Source: Cloacimonetes bacterium UBA4175 (lineage in GTDB: Bacteria > Cloacimonadota > Cloacimonadia > Cloacimonadales > Cloacimonadaceae). Taken from it: a stretch of DNA of 64,000 nt. The translations under genes were made by a program, and so were the position numbers. Below, piece by piece: positions 48,649-61,425 of this stretch. The stretch is from assembly GCA_002379855.1 (NCBI GenBank), contig DFUX01000036.1:4327-68326 (forward strand). Reading direction: 5' to 3'. The notes under the pieces were generated by a model. It was not told where the DNA came from. It searched no databases and saw only the letters and a list, made by a program, of their open reading frames with translations. The first letter of the stretch is position 1; every line of letters begins with the position of its first letter.

Positions 48649-48792
48649 CATACTGATAATGATTTCGAGAGGATCTGGATTTGTCTGATACTAATTGAAG
48701 CGGTCATTAATGAAGTGAGAGTCATATTGAAACAGCACGAGTCTCTCATTGATAAGTATGAAGAAGAACTAATGAGTTTTTATGATGGTTAA
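48649..48792 (+). pseudogene. Probable 3' remnant of a foreign gene at the island junction
   Basis: 47 stop-free codons (HTDNDFERIWICLILIEAVINEVRVILKQHESLIDKYEEELMSFYDG*), no 5' start or RBS, AT-rich. Confidence 0.45.
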
Positions 48793-48842
48793 AACCCCTC
48801 AAACAAGATTTCATGATAAGATTTAGCTAAAATGGAGCATGC

Positions 48843-50873
48843 ATGGATCAATTCAGATTGAATAGGGATGAGGCTGAACAAATACTAAAACAGAAATTTG
48901 GCTTAGAAAGGTTCTATGACGAACAATGGGAGACCATATCTCGGGTGTTCAGGGGTGAAAGGCTACTTCTTATAGAAAGAACAGGCTATGGCAAATCGCT
49001 GTGCTTTCAGTTCCCTGCCATTATCTTTGATGGTTTGACAGTTGTTTTCTCTCCCTTAATTGCCCTAATGAGAGACCAAGTCAATAAGCTTCAAGCTTTG
49101 GGGATCAAGGCTAAGTGTATAAACAGCAACCAAAGCGATGAAGAAAACATCAATGTTATTACAGAAGCAAAACAAGGAGTACTTAAAATATTATACATTG
49201 CTCCCGAACGACAGGAAAACATGACGTGGCTTGAGGAAGTGCAACATATGAAGCTATCCATGGTGGTCGTAGACGAGGCGCATTGTATTTCAGTTTGGGG
49301 TCATGATTTTCGTCCAGCCTACAGGCGAATTATCAATCTTGTTAATCTTTTGCCCAAAGGGTTGCCTGTTCTTGCTACCACAGCAACTGCAACAAAAAGA
49401 GTTGAAAATGATGTTGCTTCTCAAATCACTGGAGATTTGAAGGTGATAAGGGGGAATCTTGTTCGAGATAATTTCCGGTTATACGTGGTTAACGTCAAGT
49501 CAGATGATGAAAAATTAATTTGGTTAGGTCAGAATATAAACAGAATGGATGGAACAGGAATCGTCTATACTGGAACGGTAGTTGAAACTGAACTGATAAG
49601 TAAATGGTTTGATTTCATTAATGTTTCATCAAGAGCATATAATAGCAGATTAGACGCTGTCACGCGAACTGAGATCGAACAAGGGTTATTGAAAAACTCA
49701 TGGAAATGTGTGATTTCCACTAATGCTCTTGGAATGGGTATAGACAAACCTGATCTTAGATTCATCATTCATACCCAATTCCCTCAATCCCCGGTTCATT
49801 ATTATCAGGAGATTGGGCGAGCTGGTAGGGATGGCTTGCCGACAGTAATAGTACTTTTATACAATCCGGAAGATAGAGACCTGCCAGAAGCTTTTATTGA
49901 CAGTGCTAAGCCATCTACAGTTAAGTATCAGAGAGTTATTGATGTTATACAAAACGAGTTACTTGGAGAGAAGGAGTTGATGAAAAGAACTAACATTAAT
50001 CAAACCCAAATACGTGTTATTAGAGCTGATCTGATCGACCAGGGAATCATCAGAGAAGTGTATATAGGAAAGTCCAAGAAATATGAGTTTGTCCCGAATT
50101 CCAAGCCATTTGATCCAAGCTTTTACGACCAGGTACGCGTGGCCAAGACTAACGAACTGAAAGCGATGATGGAGTATGCAGAAACGTCCCAATCGCGCAT
50201 GTTGTACCTTTGTGAATACTTGGGCGACATGGTTAATAAGGATTTCAAAAATTGCGATAATACAGGCTTGGCAAAACACCACGTTTATCCAAGCCCAGAA
50301 TGGAATAAGAAACTTGACCAATTCCGTCTCAGTTACTTTCCCGAACTACCGATTGAATCCGAAAAAACAAATCTCATCAATGGGGTAGCTGGGTCTTATT
50401 ATGGTGTATCAAATGTTGGATCTGCAATCCATAGGTGCAAGTATAAAAAAGGTGGTGATTTTCCAGATTTTCTGATCACACTCATGCTAAAGGCCTATTA
50501 CTCAAAGTTCTCAAAAGAGAAGTTCGATCTTGTGCTGTACGTTCCACCCACTGTATCGGGAGATTTGGTTAGGCACTTGGCAGAAAGAGTGTCCACTGTC
50601 TTGAAAATCCCCGTTTCACATGGTTTGAATAAAAATAGGATAACTCAGGAGCAGAAGGACTTTGCAAATAATTACCTAAAATCTGACAATGTTTCCGGAG
50701 CCTTTTCCATTTCAGATCCGCAGATAATATCGGGTAAAAAGATATTGTTGATCGATGATATTTTTGATAGTGGAGCTACCATAAAAGAAATTGGTAGGTA
50801 CTTAACCCAGCTAGGGGCTCGAGTTATAGCACCACTAGTATTGGCAAAAACAGTCAGTGGGGATAAATTATGA
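48843..50873 (+). CDS. recQ: RecQ-family helicase fused to a C-terminal ComF-like phosphoribosyltransferase domain
   Basis: RTGYGKS, DEAHCIS.WGHDFRP, LGMGIDK, YYQEIGRAGRDG; C-terminal KILLIDDIFDSGATI PRPP loop; no HRDC, so a family member rather than canonical RecQ. Confidence 0.92.
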   Translation: MDQFRLNRDEAEQILKQKFGLERFYDEQWETISRVFRGERLLLIERTGYGKSLCFQFPAIIFDGLTVVFSPLIALMRDQVNKLQALGIKAKCINSNQSDEENINVITEAKQGVLKILYIAPERQENMTWLEEVQHMKLSMVVVDEAHCISVWGHDFRPAYRRIINLVNLLPKGLPVLATTATATKRVENDVASQITGDLKVIRGNLVRDNFRLYVVNVKSDDEKLIWLGQNINRMDGTGIVYTGTVVETELISKWFDFINVSSRAYNSRLDAVTRTEIEQGLLKNSWKCVISTNALGMGIDKPDLRFIIHTQFPQSPVHYYQEIGRAGRDGLPTVIVLLYNPEDRDLPEAFIDSAKPSTVKYQRVIDVIQNELLGEKELMKRTNINQTQIRVIRADLIDQGIIREVYIGKSKKYEFVPNSKPFDPSFYDQVRVAKTNELKAMMEYAETSQSRMLYLCEYLGDMVNKDFKNCDNTGLAKHHVYPSPEWNKKLDQFRLSYFPELPIESEKTNLINGVAGSYYGVSNVGSAIHRCKYKKGGDFPDFLITLMLKAYYSKFSKEKFDLVLYVPPTVSGDLVRHLAERVSTVLKIPVSHGLNKNRITQEQKDFANNYLKSDNVSGAFSISDPQIISGKKILLIDDIFDSGATIKEIGRYLTQLGARVIAPLVLAKTVSGDKL

Positions 50874-50903
50874 AACAGTTTAAGAACACAAGGTATTGAA
50901 ACT

Positions 50904-52025
50904 ATGCAACAAGCAGCTTACTGGATTACAATATCTCACTTGAAAAGATGGAAATATGGACAGATAAATGAACTGATTAATCGAATCTATATTGACAATG
51001 GATCTGATCTGCAGGAATTCTTTTCACTTGATCCTGAAGAATGGGGAAACAACTATGCCATTGACGAAAAGCGAATATCATCTTTACTTGAAGCTAAAGA
51101 ACAGTTAGTTAATAACGCATTCTTAGCTGAGAGTCTTTATAATCAAGGTTTTGAACTTATACCCCTTAACTCACCTGATTATTCTCCAACCCTGAAAGAC
51201 AATCTGAAACTAACTTATTCCCCTCCTTTACTATATATCAAGGGCAATAAGCAGCTTCTTGTTGAGGATTCAATTGCGATTGTTGGATCTCGTATAGCAA
51301 GCTCTAGAGGTTTAAGTTTTACTGATAATGTAGCTAAAAAGGCAACTGAAAGATATAAAGTAATTGTTAGTGGTTTTGCTAAGGGTATTGACAAAGCAGC
51401 TCTCGATTCTGCTTTAAAGTATCATGGACATAGTATTATTGTACTTCCCCAGGGAGTTATGACATTTGGATCAGGATATAAGATGTACTACAAGCAAATC
51501 ATCGATGGAGACGTGCTAGTTTTAAGCACTTTTCATCCTAACGCTCCTTGGGAAGTAAAATTAGCTATGGCAAGAAATCCGATAATCTATGGCCTTGCCA
51601 AAGAGATATTTGTTGCCGATTCTTCAAATTCAGGAGGCACTTGGTCTGGAGTAAAGGATGGATTACGTAAAGGTCGTCAGATTTACATAAGGAGACCCTC
51701 TGAGGATGAGACAAGTGCAAACAACCTGCTAATCAAAATGGGTGGAATAGCAGTTGATGAAAAAGGGAACCCTGAGATTCAGCAGGAAACTGAAAAGCAG
51801 GCTGTATCCACAACTAGCATTCAAGATAATCTTCCAAGCAGAGTAGTTGTGCTTCTGACGAATATCGCTCTGACAGCTAAAGAGATTTGTACCCAGCTTG
51901 GGATTGATATGCCATCTAAGCAGATGAAAGAAGTCCTTAGTAAGATGGAAGAGATAGAAAAAGTGAAAATCGGTCGATCGGTCAAATATCGTGTTAGACA
52001 ACCAGAGATATTCGATCTCAAATGA
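50904..52025 (+). CDS. dprA: DprA/Smf-like DNA-binding protein with putative C-terminal winged helix
   Basis: PPLLYIKG, IAIVGSR, VSGFAKGID, ARNPII, GGTW. Confidence 0.93.
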   Translation: MQQAAYWITISHLKRWKYGQINELINRIYIDNGSDLQEFFSLDPEEWGNNYAIDEKRISSLLEAKEQLVNNAFLAESLYNQGFELIPLNSPDYSPTLKDNLKLTYSPPLLYIKGNKQLLVEDSIAIVGSRIASSRGLSFTDNVAKKATERYKVIVSGFAKGIDKAALDSALKYHGHSIIVLPQGVMTFGSGYKMYYKQIIDGDVLVLSTFHPNAPWEVKLAMARNPIIYGLAKEIFVADSSNSGGTWSGVKDGLRKGRQIYIRRPSEDETSANNLLIKMGGIAVDEKGNPEIQQETEKQAVSTTSIQDNLPSRVVVLLTNIALTAKEICTQLGIDMPSKQMKEVLSKMEEIEKVKIGRSVKYRVRQPEIFDLK

Positions 52026-52027
52026 AG

Positions 52028-52572
52028 TTATAACTTATTGCCGTAGTGGCTTATATTGGCATGTTTGACCCTTACTTTCCCAATCTTAAGCTCAAAATCC
52101 AACGGGATGCTTACCACTCCATTGTGCCAGGCAGCTACAATTGCCTGATATCCCATATAGTAAACTTTGCGACAGTGATCCACAAACCAGGAGCTGTTCT
52201 CAACCCGCCGACCGGTTTTCTCTTTGGCGGTGTCATCAATGATCAGGGCAGAGATTTTTCCTTCAAGTGTGGGACAGAGCTTGGCAAAGCGCAAAGAAAT
52301 GCGGTACAGAAGGTTCTCCAGTTATAGAATTCATTGTTCAACATGCTGTTGAGAGGACTCTTTAGCCGAGTTGCATGGAGACTGGCTATTCCAGATAACA
52401 GAGAACGCGAGCCCTTTAGCATAACGACCAACATCAGGTACAACATAAGCACAATTGGATGACCCTTCTCCTTACCTATTCCACATTGCCGTAAGATACT
52501 GGCCAACCTAAAGCGTTTGAATAGGAAATTAGCATTGTACTCAAACAGATCTGAAGTTTTAATGTGCCCCAA
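52028..52572 (-). pseudogene. Frameshifted, 3'-truncated DDE transposase (IS701/IS4-like)
   Basis: Two overlapping frames (52572-52243, 52294-52028); LIIDDT..EKTG..VE...DH....MGY...IPLDF motif; rest of the catalytic domain missing. Confidence 0.8.
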
Positions 52573-52642
52573 CGCCTTAGGAAACTAGGAATGATTAGAT
52601 ACAGAAACACATCCTGCCCCTTACCGGGCAATTTGCAGGCAG

Positions 52643-52680
52643 AAAAGCGGACCCCGCGGCGTTTCCAGCCACAGGGTCCG
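52643..52680 (-). terminator. Rho-independent terminator of the PMM/PGM operon
   Basis: Minus strand CGGACCCTGTGGC-TGGAAAC-GCCGCGGGGTCCG (two G:U pairs) then CTTTT. Confidence 0.7.
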
Positions 52681-52714
52681 AAACATACCCTGTCCAGCCA
52701 GTGGATTCTCGGGT

Positions 52715-54067
52715 TTAGATATACTTGTCGATCTTGCCTTCGATCAGTTCCCTGATCTCGTTCATGCGGGCTTCTGATTCTGCTTCATAGCGGGTGACCA
52801 GCACGGGTGTGGTGTTGGAAGCTCTCACCAGTCCCCATCCATCGCTGAAGGTGATCCTGGCTCCATCGATGTCGTTCACATCGTAGCCCTCTGCCTTGAA
52901 TTCGGCGCAGACCTTGGCCACAACGTCAAACTTCCTTTCATCCGCGCACTTGATGTGCAACTCAGGAGTGTTATACATCTTGGGCTGGTCAGCCAGATAA
53001 GTGCTGACCGGCGCGTCAGTCTGTGAAACGATCTCGATCATCCTGCATCCTGCGTAGATGGCATCGTCAAAGCCCAGATAGCGGTCTGCCATAAACACGT
53101 GTCCGCTCATTTCGCCCGCGAATTCCACCCCGATTTCCTTCATCTTCATCTTGATGTTGGCATGGCCGGTTTTATACATCATCGGCACGCCGCCATGTTT
53201 GCGGATGTCGTCAAAGAGGTTCTTGGAGCACTTCACATCGGCGATGACCGTCTTGCCGGGATTCTTTTTCAGATAGTCACGGGCCAGGATGTTCAGGATC
53301 TGATCCCCAAACAGCATCTTGCCTTTCTCGTCCACCACTCCGATCCGGTCGGCGTCTCCGTCCAGGCCAATTCCCAGTTCATACTCCGCCGCGACCACGG
53401 CGCGGGAGAGATCTGTCATGTTTTTCTCCACGGTGGGATCGGGGTGATGGTTGGGGAAGTTTCCATCCGGATCGCAATACATCTCGATCACTTCGCAACC
53501 GAGGCGCAGCAGGATTTCCGGCAGATAAGGCCCTCCCATGCCGTTGCCGCCATCCACGATCACTTTCACGGGGCGTTCCAGATGGATGTTTTGGATGATG
53601 TATTCAATGTAGGCGTCGTTGATGGTATCATCTTTGCTGTAGTGGCCTTCGCCGGTCACGAAATCCTCCGCCTGGATGATCCGCAACACTTTTTGCAGCT
53701 CTTCGGCATACACGGAGCCCAGTCCCAGATTCAGCTTGCAGCCATTGTATTGGGAAGGGTTGTGGCTTGCGGTTATCATCGCGCCGCCGTCCATTTTCAG
53801 TTTCCAGATCGAGAAATAGAGCACCGGAGTGGCCACGATGCCAATATCGGTTACGTCGCAACCTGTTTCCAGCGCGCCTTTTACAAAGGCGGCCTTCAGA
53901 TCCGGTGTGGTGAGGCGGGCGTCTCCGCCCAGGGCGATGGTGCTCAGCCCTTTGCGGCGCAGATAGCTGCCAAATCCTTTGCCTATAAGGTAGTAGGATT
54001 CTTCGTTCAGTTCTTCGCCCACGATGCCGCGGATGTCATACTGTCTAAAAACCTGTGCTTTTATCAT
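52715..54067 (-). CDS. Phosphomannomutase/phosphoglucomutase
   Basis: FRQYDIRG, ITASHNP, DGDADR, GEMSGH, VRASNT. Confidence 0.96.
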   Translation of the reverse strand: MIKAQVFRQYDIRGIVGEELNEESYYLIGKGFGSYLRRKGLSTIALGGDARLTTPDLKAAFVKGALETGCDVTDIGIVATPVLYFSIWKLKMDGGAMITASHNPSQYNGCKLNLGLGSVYAEELQKVLRIIQAEDFVTGEGHYSKDDTINDAYIEYIIQNIHLERPVKVIVDGGNGMGGPYLPEILLRLGCEVIEMYCDPDGNFPNHHPDPTVEKNMTDLSRAVVAAEYELGIGLDGDADRIGVVDEKGKMLFGDQILNILARDYLKKNPGKTVIADVKCSKNLFDDIRKHGGVPMMYKTGHANIKMKMKEIGVEFAGEMSGHVFMADRYLGFDDAIYAGCRMIEIVSQTDAPVSTYLADQPKMYNTPELHIKCADERKFDVVAKVCAEFKAEGYDVNDIDGARITFSDGWGLVRASNTTPVLVTRYEAESEARMNEIRELIEGKIDKYI

Positions 54068-54069
54068 GT

Positions 54070-54678
54070 TTATACCTCTTGTGGTTGTAATTCTAAAATA
54101 TCTTTGAGCAGGGGAAGCGCCTTTTGCAACGCCCTGGCGCGGTGGGAGATGGCGTTCTTTTGCCTGTCGTCCAGCTCGGCATAGCTGAGTTCGCCATGCT
54201 CCGGGATGAATATCGAGTCGTAGCCAAAGCCATTTTCTCCACGTTCGCTTGTGGCGATTGAGCCTGGCATAACGCCTTCCAGGCAGGCGATCACGCCGTC
54301 CGGGGCAGCCAAAGCGACGCAGGTGCGAAACTCCGCCTGCCGGTCGCTTACGCCCTGCATCAGGCGCAAGACCTTTTCACGATTATCAGCGTAACTGCAG
54401 TGATCTCCGGCATAACGGGCGGCGAAGATGCCTGGTTCGCCGTTCAGCGCCCGGATAAAGAGTCCGGTGTCGTCTGCCAGACAGAGCAATCCTGTGTGGG
54501 AAGCGCCTTCCAGGGCTTTTTTCATGGCATTGCCCGCCAGGCTGTCCTGATCCTCCTCCGTGGGCTTCAGCTCGGGGAAGTCCCTCAGAGAATGGAGTTC
54601 GACCCTGAGGTCGCCCAGCAGGTCGCGAATCTCGCCAATCTTGTCCGGGTTGTGGGATGCGATCAGCAGTGCCGGCAT
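54070..54678 (-). CDS. rdgB: Non-canonical purine NTP pyrophosphatase (RdgB/HAM1)
   Basis: ASHNPDK, ADDTGL, GFGYD, SHR. Confidence 0.95.
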   Translation of the reverse strand: MPALLIASHNPDKIGEIRDLLGDLRVELHSLRDFPELKPTEEDQDSLAGNAMKKALEGASHTGLLCLADDTGLFIRALNGEPGIFAARYAGDHCSYADNREKVLRLMQGVSDRQAEFRTCVALAAPDGVIACLEGVMPGSIATSERGENGFGYDSIFIPEHGELSYAELDDRQKNAISHRARALQKALPLLKDILELQPQEV

Positions 54679-55203
54679 TCAGCTTCTTTTACCAAGCCAT
54701 TTCTTGATGCGCTGCAAGACGTTTTTGTCCAAAAACTTCTCCGCGTTGGCGGTGATCTTTTGCATGATCTGCAGGATGTTGCCTTCACCGCTCCAATTGT
54801 CTTCCAACACCTTCTGGTCGGTATCGTTGAGGACCATGTTCAGCCCCATCACCAGCAGCACCATGTCATCCACGTGTCCCAGGATAGGGATGAAATCCGG
54901 GATGATGTCGATGGGCATCATCATGTAGGCGATTATGCCGCCCATCATCAGCTTGCGCTTGGTGGGAACACGTTTGTCCAGGGCCAGGCGGGTGACCAGC
55001 ACAAAGAAGTCAGGCAGCAAAAAGAGATACTCGCTCAGCGCGCTGCCTGTCTTTCCTGTTTTCTCGCGAGCCCAGTGTTTGGCTTTTTGCCTCAGTTTCT
55101 CATAATACTGCATTTTTGTGTCATCCATATCCAGGATCCGGTCTTTGACTTTCTCCTGCTCAGCTTCAGGGATTTCCCTGCCTTCAAAAATATCGTCTTT
55201 CAT
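54679..55203 (-). CDS. YkvA/DUF1232 family protein
   Basis: AYMMMPIDIIPDFIPILGHVDD motif. Confidence 0.9.
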   Translation of the reverse strand: MKDDIFEGREIPEAEQEKVKDRILDMDDTKMQYYEKLRQKAKHWAREKTGKTGSALSEYLFLLPDFFVLVTRLALDKRVPTKRKLMMGGIIAYMMMPIDIIPDFIPILGHVDDMVLLVMGLNMVLNDTDQKVLEDNWSGEGNILQIMQKITANAEKFLDKNVLQRIKKWLGKRS

Positions 55204-55324
55204 AAGCACCTCTGAAATCCATTAATTCAAGGCTGGATTTTTCGGTCAATCTTTTTGTCTGAGTCCTGTGCCCCAGCCTCCTCTCCCGTTTGGCTATCAT
55301 TTTGGGCTGCAAGGTGTTAGCCTA

Positions 55325-55503
55325 TCATCCTTAGGTCATCCTTATAAATTATAAGGTTGACCTACGGATGACTAACGCCAGAGGGCGGTATGCAAATGAG
55401 GTCCATCCTCCTCCATAATATATAGGTGCTACGATCACGCCGTGGAAAGGTGAGATGGTGAAAAAAGTGATCCAGTTGTAATAATGCAAGCGAAATAGTA
55501 TAA
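55325..55503. repeat. Palindromic element copy 5 (core 55325-55371) plus blocks shared with 19675-19730 and 19915-19995
   Basis: TCATCCTTAGGTCATCCTTATAAATTATAAGGTTGACCTACGGATGA; left flank GTTAGCCTA shared with copy 1. Confidence 0.88.
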
Positions 55504-55578
55504 CAGCTTTGGCAGCCCGATTCCAAAAAAGTCTGTGCCTATCGCCTTGATTTGTAGGGATCTTGCGTTAGTTGGGTG

Positions 55579-55611
55579 AAAAAACAGCCCGATCCTTTCA
55601 GACCGGGCTGT
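55579..55611 (-). terminator. Rho-independent terminator of ppdK
   Basis: ACAGCCCG/CGGGCTGT stem with T tract on the minus strand, about 22 nt after the stop. Confidence 0.75.
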
Positions 55612-55633
55612 ATGTATATCTGATTGCAGTTGA

Positions 55634-58354
<2,721 letters not shown>

Positions 58355-58669
58355 TTATCCTCCATTGCTGTATTTATTTTGGTTACTGTAACTAAGCTAA
58401 AAAAAGAGCTTTTCTGTCAATAGTAAAGTGGACAAATCCATCAAAAGTGGATGGCGGCAAGCATATACTTTGGCAGGGTTTTCTGCTTACCAGACCAATC
58501 CCAACGGTCATCAAAATAAATGAAGACGCGGGAAATAGGTTTTTATTGATTGGATACGCAGGTGGAGCTGTTGAAAAAAACGCTTTACAGATTTGAGAGC
58601 TCCGCAAAAGTGTCTATTCGAGAAGAAAGCATTATATTTATAAAGTATAAAGTGCTGTAAGGAAAAGCG

Positions 58670-61414
58670 ATGAAAAAGTTACTTGTCCTGCTGTTTGTGC
58701 TTGTGTGCGCATTACAGCTGGCTGCCAAAGTGGATCTGAACACCGCGGACCTGGACGAACTGCTTCTGCTGCCCATAACTCAAAAGCAGGCGCAGGACAT
58801 TCTGGAATACCGCGAACATGTCGCGATCTTTGGCAGTATCTATGATCTGCGCAAGATACCCTCGATCGACCAGAAAACTTTGCTTAAAATCAAGGATCTG
58901 GCGGTTGTCTCCCTCTATATTGAGGAAGATGATGTCGCTGCCCGGCGCGAGGAGATCAGAGACCTGATGGAACGCCTGGACAGCAATGAGGGCGGTTCCG
59001 AAGGGATGTCAGACGTTTGGGAGGACTACCTGATGACTCCCCATAATGTGAACAAGATGCATTTTGACGATCTGATCAGCCTTCCCAATGTATCCGGCGT
59101 GGATGCCGTGGGGATTCTGCGCCGCGTGGCCCAGGGGGATACGATCGCCGACACCCGCGACCTGCGGAACACTGTGGGGCTGTCTTACTATGGCTACACC
59201 AATCTCCGCAGTTATGTTTACTACAAGGAACCCCCGGTGAAGAACCGCCTGATGTGGGATGCTCAGATGCAATATTACACCCGCTATCTTGACGAAGGTT
59301 CGGTGGATATGTATCTGGAGCCGTTCCTGTTGGACAATTATGGCACCAACATGAGCATCAATCATCGCAAAGACCTGACTTATTGGGGCTATTTCGATCT
59401 GGACAGGATCGATCCGGACATCCTGATCAAGTTGCGGGCACGCTATGGCAACCGCTACAAGATCGGTTGGATGCACTACAGCCCCAAAGGTGAAGCCAAC
59501 CTGGAACAGAAAGATATGGACGAGATCATTGCCGATTCCAAGTTCTATGCCGGTTATGAGAACAATGAAATGCCCCTGTTGAACAATACCAAGCTCAAAG
59601 CCTATCTGGGGCATTACCGGGTAACTTATGGCGAGGGCCTGGTGATGGAAAACAGCGATTTCTATAGCGCCCGCAAGACAGGATATGGCTTCAGCAAAAG
59701 GATTCTGGGAATCACTCCTGATCTTTCCCGCACTCAGGAATACGCTCTGCGTGGAGGCGCCCTGGAGATTGCCAATCCCTATTTCCATGTGTCGGGATGG
59801 CTGTCTCAGGACAATAAGGATGCCGTGGTCTATCTGAGGCCGGATGGCAGCTATGCCCTCACCGATAAATACCAAAACGATATTCTTATCGATGAGGAGG
59901 GAAAGCACTACTATCTCGACGATATCGATAACGATGGAGAGAATGACCAAATCTACACATACGAGGACGGAACGCCAGTCCAGGGCAAGCGCAAGGTCTT
60001 TTCCTACGTGGTGCCGACAATCCGCTTTGACAACAACGAGCTGCGCCAGGCTGAGGCCTACTTCAACTCTGAACTGCAAAGCGGAACCCCTTACGACAAC
60101 AGTTACATCAATCTCGGCTATAGAAAGGATGCGCTCAAAGAAAGGCTGGTGGGAACGCATCTGCAGGTCAACCCCTTCATCGGCACCAAGCTTGGTTTCA
60201 CCACCTACACCGCGTTTTACGACGATGCCTATTTTGCGGTGCCGGACTGGAACGGTCTGAAGTATGTGTTGCTGCGGGATTACAGTTATTACGGAGAGTC
60301 GGACTACAAGATGATGAACTCCGAGGTCGCGGGGCTTTACAGCACGCTCACCGACAGCTATGCCCGCAATTTCCGCCGTGTGATTGGTTTTGATGCCCAG
60401 ACAGTTTTAGGCAACACCTCGATTCAGGGAGAATATGCCGAACTTACTGTAGATGGCAAGGATACAGTGCTGACAGATGATCCCAAAGCCTACTTGATCA
60501 GCGCTTACACTCAGTGGTCGAACCTTTACTTTTTGACCCTTTACCGCAATTACGACATCGGCTTTGACAATCCCTACAGCAACGCCTTCTCTGAGCATGA
60601 GCGTTTCAAGGATACAATCCTGAAACCTGACAACGCCTACCTGCTCACCAATCCCACCCTGGTTGATCTCTACAACAACTCCACCCAGGCGCAGCCGGAA
60701 AGAGGGCTGTATTTTGAGACCCGCTACAAATTTAACCGTTACTTCACCATCGGCAGGAGTTACCTGGATCTGTTTGAGCGTTTGGCCGACGGACGCCGTA
60801 CAGCCCGCTTCCAAAGCGAACTGGAATTCAGGCCTCTCTATCAACTGGCCCTGCGCTTGCGGTATAAAAACCAGGTGAACCGTTATGACGATGCCGCCGA
60901 CAGGGGTGTTTCCAAGACCAACGAATACACCCTGGCGGTGCGCACTTTCCTTTCCAACCGGGACTTCTTGGAATTTGAATATCGCTACAACACAGTGCTG
61001 AGCCCGCCATATACCTCACTTACCAATCCGGCTGAACCCGGCAACAACAGCATGGCCGGTGCCATGGCCCTGATGACTGGAGACTATATCGGGGTGAACT
61101 ACACCCACAATTTCAACTCCAACTTCAAGATCCAGGGAGCTTTCCTCTACTGGTTCGGGCATGGGATTTCGCATTGGGATTGGGAGGATATGGAGATCGA
61201 CTTCATGGGCGAAAAAGGTGCCAAAGCCTGGATCGCGCTACACTCCCGCGTATCCCGGAACATGTATCTGTCTCTGAAATACCGGCACAAAGCGTATGAG
61301 GCCAAGGAGCTTTCGATCCGGCGATACAATGTACCCGTCCAAGCTGAAAACTACTATCAGCGAGTGGAAAACAAAGAAAACACAATCAGGCTCAGCCTTG
61401 AATACCGCTATTAG
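58670..61414 (+). CDS. ComEA-like helix-hairpin-helix protein with large outer-membrane beta-barrel-like C-terminus
   Basis: Signal peptide; KVDLNTADLDELLLLP...ILEYRE...F.SIYDL.KIPSI and a second HhH; amphipathic strands ending LSLEYRY. Confidence 0.85.
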   Translation: MKKLLVLLFVLVCALQLAAKVDLNTADLDELLLLPITQKQAQDILEYREHVAIFGSIYDLRKIPSIDQKTLLKIKDLAVVSLYIEEDDVAARREEIRDLMERLDSNEGGSEGMSDVWEDYLMTPHNVNKMHFDDLISLPNVSGVDAVGILRRVAQGDTIADTRDLRNTVGLSYYGYTNLRSYVYYKEPPVKNRLMWDAQMQYYTRYLDEGSVDMYLEPFLLDNYGTNMSINHRKDLTYWGYFDLDRIDPDILIKLRARYGNRYKIGWMHYSPKGEANLEQKDMDEIIADSKFYAGYENNEMPLLNNTKLKAYLGHYRVTYGEGLVMENSDFYSARKTGYGFSKRILGITPDLSRTQEYALRGGALEIANPYFHVSGWLSQDNKDAVVYLRPDGSYALTDKYQNDILIDEEGKHYYLDDIDNDGENDQIYTYEDGTPVQGKRKVFSYVVPTIRFDNNELRQAEAYFNSELQSGTPYDNSYINLGYRKDALKERLVGTHLQVNPFIGTKLGFTTYTAFYDDAYFAVPDWNGLKYVLLRDYSYYGESDYKMMNSEVAGLYSTLTDSYARNFRRVIGFDAQTVLGNTSIQGEYAELTVDGKDTVLTDDPKAYLISAYTQWSNLYFLTLYRNYDIGFDNPYSNAFSEHERFKDTILKPDNAYLLTNPTLVDLYNNSTQAQPERGLYFETRYKFNRYFTIGRSYLDLFERLADGRRTARFQSELEFRPLYQLALRLRYKNQVNRYDDAADRGVSKTNEYTLAVRTFLSNRDFLEFEYRYNTVLSPPYTSLTNPAEPGNNSMAGAMALMTGDYIGVNYTHNFNSNFKIQGAFLYWFGHGISHWDWEDMEIDFMGEKGAKAWIALHSRVSRNMYLSLKYRHKAYEAKELSIRRYNVPVQAENYYQRVENKENTIRLSLEYRY

Positions 61415-61425
61415 TGGAGGAAATA

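Noticed and set aside
48646..48792. Selenocysteine or stop readthrough extension of HisS (tail is in frame after TGA)
   Set aside because: HisS is complete at the TGA, no SECIS-like hairpin follows, and the tail has island-like composition; a one-in-three frame coincidence explains it
1801..55371. Palindromic repeats as a CRISPR array or integron attC sites
   Set aside because: Copies are 10-18 kb apart with no spacer periodicity or cas genes. The GTTAG...CTAAC order is opposite to attC (RYYYAAC...GTTRRRY), there is no integrase, and the flanking genes are mostly housekeeping.
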